A DNA stretch of 64,000 nucleotides from Elusimicrobia bacterium GWB2_63_22 (GTDB taxonomy: Bacteria; Elusimicrobiota; Elusimicrobia; Elusimicrobiales; UBA9959). The translations under genes and the position numbers were made by a program. The DNA is taken from positions 30,554-94,553 of the forward strand of contig MGUA01000001.1 of the NCBI GenBank assembly GCA_001799735.1, in the 5' to 3' direction. The notes beneath the pieces are model-generated. The model worked only from the letters and a program-made list of their open reading frames with translations, searched no databases and was not told the origin of the DNA. Positions 37,251 through 43,369 of the stretch are shown here, piece after piece. Within the stretch, counting starts at the first letter, position 1. Every line of letters begins with the position of its first letter.

Positions 37251-37595
37251 ATGAGGTCCAAGACGGAACTGTCAAAAGCGCTCAACAACTGCAGACGCAG
37301 GGTCGGGGGTAATTACGGTCTTAAAGAAAAGCGCAGGAGCACCCTCATACGGGTGATAGGCATAGCCCAGTTCAACCGCGAGGCCGCCTTAAGATACAGC
37401 AAGGCGATGGATGAATACCAGTACAAGGTCCGCCAGGAAGTCCCTTCCCGCGCGATGTACTTCCTCTATGACAAGAACCATAAAGAGCGGCGCACCGGCT
37501 ATGTGCTGGTCTACGGCAACTCCGGGCACAAGTGGTTCGCCCGCAAGCGGGAGGCCGCCGCGGCGCTGCTGGCCATGGTGTCGTCGAACAAGTAA
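37251..37595 (+). CDS. hypothetical basic protein (114 aa)
   Basis: ATG at 37251 with an AGGAGG SD 5 nt upstream. MRSKTELSKALNNCRRRVGGNYGLKEKRRSTLIRVIG... No family recognised. Confidence 0.5.
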   Translation: MRSKTELSKALNNCRRRVGGNYGLKEKRRSTLIRVIGIAQFNREAALRYSKAMDEYQYKVRQEVPSRAMYFLYDKNHKERRTGYVLVYGNSGHKWFARKREAAAALLAMVSSNK

Positions 37596-37628
37596 TACCC
37601 CGGCCCCAAGGCCGGGGTATCCCCCCGG

Positions 37629-38213
37629 CTAAAACAGCAGGTTCAGCGCGATCGTGACCATCGAACCGGCGTCCTGGTAATCCTTGTCCAGCGCGGCGGC
37701 GTCGTGGGACATTATGCTTTCCAGCCAGACGTACCGGTAGGCCCCGTCCAGGGACAGGGAACTGCCCAGCATTACCTCGAGGCCGGCTCCGGCATGCAGG
37801 CCGAACCGCGAGGTATCGTGCTCATAGCCGAGCGGACCGTCCACACTGGAATAATACAGGCCCGCCCCCCCGAGCAGGTAAGGGCTGACCGCGCTGCCTG
37901 GCGTAAGGTACGCCAGCAGGCTCGCCTGGACAGGATAAGTTTTAATGGTAGTGAGAGGGCCGAAGTCGTTCTTGAGGTAATCTATCGACGCCTCGAACCC
38001 GAATGCGGACGACAAGTGCAGCTTGAGCTGGGCGCCGGGAGCCCAGGCCCCGTCGTCAGCGTCCTTGGGGGTGGCATACGTGGCCCTGGGGCCTATCGAC
38101 AGCACCCTGTCCCCTACCCCGCCCTCCGCGAAGGCGGCCGCCTGCAAACCCAGCAGCAGCGCCGCCATCGCGAACAAAGCCCCGGCCTTTTTAGTGCGAT
38201 TATTGTTTTTCAT
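37629..38213 (-). CDS. small (8-strand-type) outer-membrane beta-barrel protein (paralog of 30748..31332)
   Basis: 194 aa with a signal peptide (..LLLGLQAAAFA/EGG), ending ..MVTIALNLLF. Shares ..LLAYL(T/M)P..PY(L/I)LGG(A/G)G.. and ..HAG(A/G)G(L/V)E.. with the paralog. Confidence 0.8.
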   Translation of the reverse strand: MKNNNRTKKAGALFAMAALLLGLQAAAFAEGGVGDRVLSIGPRATYATPKDADDGAWAPGAQLKLHLSSAFGFEASIDYLKNDFGPLTTIKTYPVQASLLAYLTPGSAVSPYLLGGAGLYYSSVDGPLGYEHDTSRFGLHAGAGLEVMLGSSLSLDGAYRYVWLESIMSHDAAALDKDYQDAGSMVTIALNLLF

Positions 38214-38259
38214 ATTATAACTCCTTGATCTGTCGTCCGCCGTTCAGCGGCTTCCTTAA

Positions 38260-38325
38260 AGCATAAGCCTTATCCGGCGCCCGCAGATATTAGGAATTAT
38301 CCCGTCCCGCTCGGTAGTATTACGG
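38260..38325 (-). promoter_or_regulatory. conserved promoter/operator cassette, copy g
   Basis: Gene-strand sequence: CCGTAATACTACCGAGCGGGACGGGATAATTCCTAATATCTGCGGGCGCCGGATAAGGCTTATGCT. The -10 lies 47 nt upstream of the ATG at 38213. Confidence 0.65.
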
Positions 38326-38377
38326 TAGGTTCCCGTAGAAATCCGCATATCGGCTTCGGGGAGCCAAAGGGTATAGT
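38311..38377 (+). promoter_or_regulatory. divergent partial cassette sharing the distal element of copy g; candidate promoter of the YtxH-like/BON genes
   Basis: Plus strand: TCGGTAGTATTACGGTAGGTTCCCGTAGAAATCCGCATATCGGCTTCGGGGAGCCAAAGGGTATAGT. GTAGAAATCCGCATATC resembles the core GGCAGAATTCCTAATAG. TATAGT at 38372-38377 lies 70 nt upstream of the ATG at 38448. Confidence 0.4.
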
Positions 38378-38447
38378 ATCAGCAGGAAGACGGCGCCGCA
38401 GCCGGAAAGGGCGCTGTCTCCACACTGGTACTCTATAAGGAAACACT

Positions 38448-38762
38448 ATGACCAAAACAGAAAAACTCATCGGGGCGGGCGTCGGCGTGGCGGCCTTGGC
38501 CGCGCTGGGAACTTACCTGTTCTACGGAGCGAGGGGAGAGAAGAACCGCCAGGCCATAGCCGGCTGGATGCTGAAGCTGAAAGGCGAGGTATTGGAAAAA
38601 GCGGAAGAGATCAAGGACCTCAACGAGGCAGAGTATTACAAGATCGTAGACGAAATCTCCGGGCGCTACGCGAGGCTGGGAAAAGTGGGCGCCGAGGAAC
38701 TAAAACACCTTACCGGCGAGCTCAAGAACGCCTGGACGCACCTGAACAAGGAACTTCAGTAG
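38448..38762 (+). CDS. YtxH-like small membrane-anchored stress protein
   Basis: 104 aa. AAGGAAAC SD. One TM (LIGAGVGVAALAALGTYLFYG) plus a helical tail. Paralog of 3990..4307. Confidence 0.7.
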   Translation: MTKTEKLIGAGVGVAALAALGTYLFYGARGEKNRQAIAGWMLKLKGEVLEKAEEIKDLNEAEYYKIVDEISGRYARLGKVGAEELKHLTGELKNAWTHLNKELQ

Positions 38763-38841
38763 GCAGCCGCCTTTTCCGGCGCCGCGCCTGAGCGCCGGCG
38801 CCGGAAAAAATACGGGACAGTCGCACCGGGAGAACATAATT

Positions 38842-39609
38842 ATGAAAATACTTTCCGCTATCTCTGCAATCGCGGCCGGAGCTGCCCTGCTGGCTTTCAG
38901 CGTGCCCGCCGGCGCTTCCCCGGACAGCCGCATAGAAGCGGCCGCCCGGGAGTCGTATGTCTTCAGGACCTACCTGAAGGAAGACGAGATCAAGATAGAG
39001 TCCAGGGAAGGCGTGGTCACGCTGACCGGGACCGTTTCGGAAAATTCCCGCAGCGCCCTGGCCGGGGAGACTATAGCGAGCCTCCGCGGAGTGAAGGCCG
39101 TCGAGAACAAGTTGACGGTTAAAGGCGAACCCTCCTCCAGCCTGGACGCGTGGCTGAGCGACAAATTAAAGATCTCGCTGCTGTTCCACCGCAGCGTGAA
39201 CGCCGGCAAAGCCGAGGTCACCGTAAAAGACGGGGTAGTGACGCTGCGCGGCTACGCAAGCAGCCAGGCCCAGAAGGACCTGACCACCGAATACGCCAAG
39301 GACATCGACGGCGTGAAGGAAGTCCTGAACGAGATGGTAGTAACCGAGGCCTCAAAAAATGAGCCCAGGACCCCCCGCCAGAAGATAGACGACGCCTCCA
39401 TCACCGGCCAGGTCCGCCTGGCGCTGCTGCTGCACCGCTCCACCAGCGTGCTCTCCACCACCGTCGCCGTCAAGCGCGGCGTGGTCACTGTGGGCGGCAA
39501 GGCCAAGAACGCGGCCGAAATTGCCCTGGTCACCAAGCTGGTGGAAGACATAAACGGCGTCAAGCGGGTAAAGAACCTGATGATGCTGGAAGCCGCCGCC
39601 GGGAACTGA
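38842..39609 (+). CDS. periplasmic BON-domain protein (OsmY-like, three BON repeats)
   Basis: 255 aa with a signal peptide (..AFSVPAGA/SPDS) and three BON repeats. Collinear paralog of 27342..28106. Confidence 0.85.
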   Translation: MKILSAISAIAAGAALLAFSVPAGASPDSRIEAAARESYVFRTYLKEDEIKIESREGVVTLTGTVSENSRSALAGETIASLRGVKAVENKLTVKGEPSSSLDAWLSDKLKISLLFHRSVNAGKAEVTVKDGVVTLRGYASSQAQKDLTTEYAKDIDGVKEVLNEMVVTEASKNEPRTPRQKIDDASITGQVRLALLLHRSTSVLSTTVAVKRGVVTVGGKAKNAAEIALVTKLVEDINGVKRVKNLMMLEAAAGN

Positions 39610-39635
39610 CCGCAGCGTTCCGCAGCCGCAAAATT

Positions 39636-39669
39636 AAAAGGCCGGTCTTCTCGCGAAGACCGGCCTTTT
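39636..39669. terminator. bidirectional rho-independent terminator; left copy of the island-flanking palindrome
   Basis: AAAAGGCCGGTCTTC-TCGC-GAAGACCGGCCTTTT, a 15-bp stem with A/T runs on both sides. Lies between the convergent genes ending at 39609 (+) and 39692 (-). Confidence 0.8.
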
Positions 39670-39691
39670 GCGTCCCTTGATAACTCGGGGG

Positions 39692-40243
39692 TTAAAGTAT
39701 TTTCCGGTAGAGGTCGCAAATCTTATCTTTATGCGTTACGCCTCGTTCTTCAACCTGAAAGGCATTGTTGGTTAAAACCCTCAGTGAACAGGTATTGGCC
39801 GGCAAGACAAACGCGTAAAGGCTTTTATACCCCGCCCGCCTGGCCACCTCGCAAAGCAACACCACCGCGGGGGTAATTATCCCGGAATGTTTTTCACTCG
39901 CCCAGTAGCCTATCTCCGCGCCCTCAAGCTCGGGGGATTTAATATCCACGGTCCCGCAAATCTCCCGGGAAGCGTCCAGGACCAGGAATACGAAGTGAGA
40001 GCGCTCGGCCCAACCTTTCGCTGCCCAATTAAGAAAACTCTCAGCCTTCTCTGAAGAATAGGGCGTCCCTTTAAACACAGGCTGGAATAGAATACCGTAA
40101 ACCGCGGCCTCGTTGCAGATGGACCGGACCCTCTCCACGTTGTCTTTACTCGCCTCTATGGAATCCCCCCTTACAAGCGTGTAAGGCCGGGCCGTTTTCC
40201 GGTTCATAAACTCTTCCGATATAAATTGAGTTAAAAGATTCAT
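39692..40243 (-). CDS. GNAT family N-acetyltransferase (RimJ/RimL-like)
   Basis: 183 aa. ..VFLVLDASREICGTVDIKSPELEGAEIGYWASEKHSGIITPAVVLLCEVARRAGYKSLYAFVLPANTCSLRVLTNNAF.. fits the Acetyltransf_3-type pattern. The start could instead be Met13. Confidence 0.65.
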   Translation of the reverse strand: MNLLTQFISEEFMNRKTARPYTLVRGDSIEASKDNVERVRSICNEAAVYGILFQPVFKGTPYSSEKAESFLNWAAKGWAERSHFVFLVLDASREICGTVDIKSPELEGAEIGYWASEKHSGIITPAVVLLCEVARRAGYKSLYAFVLPANTCSLRVLTNNAFQVEERGVTHKDKICDLYRKIL

Positions 40244-40530
40244 TCTTAAATCCGCAAGTAAGCCTAGCCCGCTCCGTGCCTGTTAAGCGCCCGGATCTCG
40301 GACACCAACCGCATCTTTTCAGCCAGCATTCTCTCGGTATACCGCCCGTTCCTCTGCGTAACTGCCTTATACCGCGACACCAGCATTTCCGCATGCGGCT
40401 TTTTGATTATAAAACATTCTTTTGGTTCGGCCACCAAAGCCAGGACGGTAGCGTCTGGCCCCTTAACGGCCGCCGCCCCCCGCCCTGGCCCCTCTTAATC
40501 ATCAGCCCTGTTCTACTTCAAGAACCCGGG

Positions 40531-40809
40531 CTACTGCCCTTTTGTAAGGAAACATTTTCTCTGGACATAGCTCCCTAACACGCCCCCTCCCCATGGCAGC
40601 CCCACAACAAAGAGCGTAGATAGCATTTCCGAAGCGATATTAATTTTGTGCCATATCACCGCAAGCGCTAGCAGCCCGCCAATGATTACCCCGACAATCC
40701 CGCCTAATCTGTCCTTCACTCTTGTTTCAGAAGTATTCATAGAATTTCCCATTATTATGAGTTTTAAACTATTCCCGCTGGCTTTGTCAACCGATTCCCT
40801 TAAATTCAC
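40531..40809 (-). CDS. small membrane protein, hypothetical
   Basis: 92-aa ORF with two hydrophobic helices (GGIVGVIIGGLLALAVIW; MLSTLFVVGLPWGGGVL). AT-rich codons. Start uncertain. Confidence 0.3.
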   Translation of the reverse strand: MNLRESVDKASGNSLKLIIMGNSMNTSETRVKDRLGGIVGVIIGGLLALAVIWHKINIASEMLSTLFVVGLPWGGGVLGSYVQRKCFLTKGQ

Positions 40810-40832
40810 TCGCAGTTTTTTGCTCCCAAAGA

Positions 40833-41546
40833 TTATCCGTGGGTGGGCTCACAGTCCGCACTCATCTCAAGGCAGATCGGGGTGGATGTGCAAACCGGGA
40901 CGACAGTGCACACCAAATTACAGACGGCGGCGCCTGCGCCGCAAACCCACTGCGGAGTGCCAGCGACATAGCTGGCTATATGGCATGTCACTTGGCCAGC
41001 GGTGCAGACAGTTTTGCAGTCGTTTTTATCCACGCAGGTCTGCGTCGTGCCCCATCTCACACAGCCGCAGCGGGATGACGCGGACTTGTCCGCGTTCCAA
41101 GGGAAATCATAGTCAGACCCTTCAGTTACGCTGATAAAATCCAACTTCTGCTCAGGGGTTCCCTCTTTGAGCAATCGCGCCGCGCTAGCGCTTATGACGA
41201 ACTTGCGATGGTTATTGGCATAGTTGATGGCATATCCGATGGTTTCGTCCATTGATGCGATTTCGGCGGGGCTGAAGACTCTCTGAGCCAAACCGCGGCG
41301 CATATTGGGAATACTCTTAAAATTAGAGTAGGCCTCTGTTTTCGCAGGAGCGACCACCTCGGGCTTTGGCTCCCCGCAGTTCAGAGCGCCGCTTTGGCGG
41401 GAATCCGGGCTTTTTACGGCTTCCATAAAATCCACCTGTTTAAAAGTGCCCTTATCGAAGTCAACATTGAATCCCTGCGCATTTAGGCCAGAGACCGTAC
41501 CGATTATTACCGTGACTATCGCTATTAGTATGTTTCGGTTTTTCAT
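40833..41546 (-). CDS. secreted protein with a Cys-rich C-terminal domain (12 Cys in the last 78 aa)
   Basis: 237 aa with a signal peptide (MKNRNILIAIVTVIIGTVSGLNA/QGF) and an AAGGA SD. C-terminus SSRCGCVRWGTTQTCVDKNDCKTVCTAGQVTCHIASYVAGTPQWVCGAGAAVCNLVCTVVPVCTSTPICLEMSADCEPTHG. Preceded by a sigma54-type promoter. Confidence 0.7.
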   Translation of the reverse strand: MKNRNILIAIVTVIIGTVSGLNAQGFNVDFDKGTFKQVDFMEAVKSPDSRQSGALNCGEPKPEVVAPAKTEAYSNFKSIPNMRRGLAQRVFSPAEIASMDETIGYAINYANNHRKFVISASAARLLKEGTPEQKLDFISVTEGSDYDFPWNADKSASSRCGCVRWGTTQTCVDKNDCKTVCTAGQVTCHIASYVAGTPQWVCGAGAAVCNLVCTVVPVCTSTPICLEMSADCEPTHG

Positions 41547-41627
41547 GAGATATTTCCTTAATCCGTCCTTCTATTCAAGATACCGCCGGAATTTCCCCCG
41601 CCGGTTTGCCCTACACCCTTGTACAAA

Positions 41628-41642
41628 GCAATTTTTATGCCA
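41628..41642 (-). promoter_or_regulatory. sigma54 (-24/-12) promoter for the Cys-rich protein gene
   Basis: Minus strand: TGGCATAAAAATTGC(T). GG and GC sit in the exact consensus register of TGGCAC-N5-TTGCW. About 80 nt upstream of the ATG at 41546 and divergent from the sigma54 activator gene. Confidence 0.7.
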
Positions 41643-41838
41643 AACACAGAGTATATGGGATAATTGCGCGGAGATATCTAATTTTCACGTCGTTATATGC
41701 GCCATTTTGGAAAGCTTTCCGCCTCTTGCGCAGGAACGAAAACAGCTCCCAGAAGGTACTAATATCAAACCACTTGGTCTGACATTAGGACGATGTCGCC
41801 CGGTTTTGCTACAATTCCTGGTATCTAACCGGGGGCTT

Positions 41839-43194
41839 ATGAGCAGACTGAATATCCTTGTAGTAGAAGACGACCCGCTCTCACGCGAGGTTATGGACAA
41901 CAATCTGGCGGGCCATGCCGTGGACTTCGCTTCTGATAAGGCTGCGGCAGAGCGCAAGCTAAAGGCCGGGCATTACGATATCTGCTTCTTGGACCTCCTC
42001 CTGGGAGATAATGATGATTACTCGGGTTTGAAGCTTATCCCGCTGGCGGTCTCTAAGGGGGTCTATTCCGTGGTAATGTCCAGTTGCGATACAGAAGAGA
42101 CCATAAGCCGCGCTTACGCGCTTGGCTGTAAGGAATTCTATGTAAAGGGCAACGAGCAGCAGAACTTGGCGGCCATCATAGCCAGATATATGCGCGATGA
42201 CGGAGGCAAGAAGGCTCAGCAAATCTTTTCAGGGGACTTCATCACCAACGACCCAGAGACCCGCTCGCTGGTGTCCGAGGCCCTGAAATACGCGGCCACG
42301 GAGTTGCCTCTGATGATATTGGGACCTTCCGGCACAGGTAAGACCACCCTGGCGCAACTACTGCACGGGCATTCAGGCCGCGCCGGAGATTTTGTAGCCA
42401 TAAACTGCGCGGCCTATACCGAAGATCTCCTGGAGTCCGAGTTGTTCGGCTATAAACGTGGCTCCTTCACAGGCGCGCATGAGAACCGCAAAGGTAAATT
42501 GGCACAGGCTGACAAAGGCACGCTATTCCTCGACGAGATAGGTGCCATGAGCCAGAACATGCAGGTAAAACTGCTCAAGGCCATAGAGGAGAAGTCCTTC
42601 TACCCCCTTGGCGCGGACAAGCCAGAGTATTCCAATTTTCGCGTGATAAGCGCCACTCTGGAGAACGTACAGAAACTGTTGGCAGAGGGAAAACTGCGCT
42701 TCGACTTCTTTCAGCGCGTGCACGGCATGACCATAGGGCTAAAACCGCTGGCTCAGCGGAAGTGCGACATTCTGCCGCTCATGCAGGCTTTTACAAAGGG
42801 CAAGAAGCGGCTGGCCTTCGAGCTGGCGGCGCGCGACCACCTGCTGGCCCACAATTGGCCGGGCAATACGCGGGAGCTGAAACGCTTTGTGGAACTTATA
42901 GGAGCCGGTACCCAGGGCGCGGTAACGCTGGAGACTGTGCGCCGCCACATCACTCCCGCCGCGGCGCCGCGCCAGGGGATCACGGAACCAGTAACGCAGG
43001 CGCAGTATGATTATGCGCTTGAACACGGGCTTTCCGCCGCCGTGGACCGTTTTACGGAAGGGCTTATTGCCCGCAATCTAAGCGAGAACGACGGCAAGAA
43101 AGCCGCCGCCCTCGCCCAGCTAAAAATATCGAAATGCCTTTTATATGCCGCGCTTGCCAAGGCGCGCAAGGCGGAGGAAAACCACAATGGCTGA
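41839..43194 (+). CDS. sigma54-dependent response regulator (NtrC family: REC + AAA+ + HTH)
   Basis: Start at the ATG at 41839 (MSRLNILVVEDDPLSREV..), 451 aa. REC with ..ICFLDLLLG... Walker A GPSGTGKT. Sigma54-contact loop ELFGYKRGSFTGA. Walker B TLFLDEIG. ..WPGNTRELKRFVE... C-terminal HTH-like AALAQLKISKCLLYAALAKA. Confidence 0.9.
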   Translation: MSRLNILVVEDDPLSREVMDNNLAGHAVDFASDKAAAERKLKAGHYDICFLDLLLGDNDDYSGLKLIPLAVSKGVYSVVMSSCDTEETISRAYALGCKEFYVKGNEQQNLAAIIARYMRDDGGKKAQQIFSGDFITNDPETRSLVSEALKYAATELPLMILGPSGTGKTTLAQLLHGHSGRAGDFVAINCAAYTEDLLESELFGYKRGSFTGAHENRKGKLAQADKGTLFLDEIGAMSQNMQVKLLKAIEEKSFYPLGADKPEYSNFRVISATLENVQKLLAEGKLRFDFFQRVHGMTIGLKPLAQRKCDILPLMQAFTKGKKRLAFELAARDHLLAHNWPGNTRELKRFVELIGAGTQGAVTLETVRRHITPAAAPRQGITEPVTQAQYDYALEHGLSAAVDRFTEGLIARNLSENDGKKAAALAQLKISKCLLYAALAKARKAEENHNG

Positions 43195-43369
43195 TGTAGA
43201 AAAGATTTACCACAACCTGAAGTCGCGGGCCGTGGGACTAAAGAGCGCCGCGGAACTGCTGCCCAACTGCGCCCCGGAAAAGCGCGATAAGGTTATAGCT
43301 CTCATGCGCGACGCCGCTAAGGAGATCGAGAGGCTGCTGACGGAACTGGAAGCCGGTCCCAGGCCCTAA
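43187..43369 (+). CDS. 60-aa stand-alone DHp/H-box-like mini-protein (hypothetical phosphotransfer or kinase-modulating protein)
   Basis: ATG at 43187 with a GGAGG SD 9 nt upstream; it overlaps the activator's 3' end by 8 nt. MADVEKIYHNLKSRAVGLKSAAELLPNCAPEKRDKVIALMRDAAKEIERLLTELEAGPRP. IYHNLKSRAVGL resembles an H-box (hxH[DN]hK[ST]P). Predicted helical hairpin. Confidence 0.5.
   Translation: MADVEKIYHNLKSRAVGLKSAAELLPNCAPEKRDKVIALMRDAAKEIERLLTELEAGPRP

Noticed and set aside
38776-38804. 9-bp GC hairpin (CCGGCGCCG..CGGCGCCGG) between the YtxH-like and BON genes, as a terminator
   Set aside because: On either strand the T-run precedes the stem and the A-run follows it, so it is not a canonical intrinsic terminator. 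The two genes are probably co-transcribed.
40264-40434. Small minus-strand ORF (40-56 aa, ..MLVSRYKAVTQRNGRYTERMLAEKMRLVSEIRALNRHGAG) just upstream of the GNAT gene, as a TacA-like antitoxin making a GNAT toxin-antitoxin pair
   Set aside because: There is no SD and no clear start codon, and the ORF is much shorter than DUF1778 antitoxins. The GNAT looks RimJ/RimL-like rather than TacT-like. The evidence is too thin to call.
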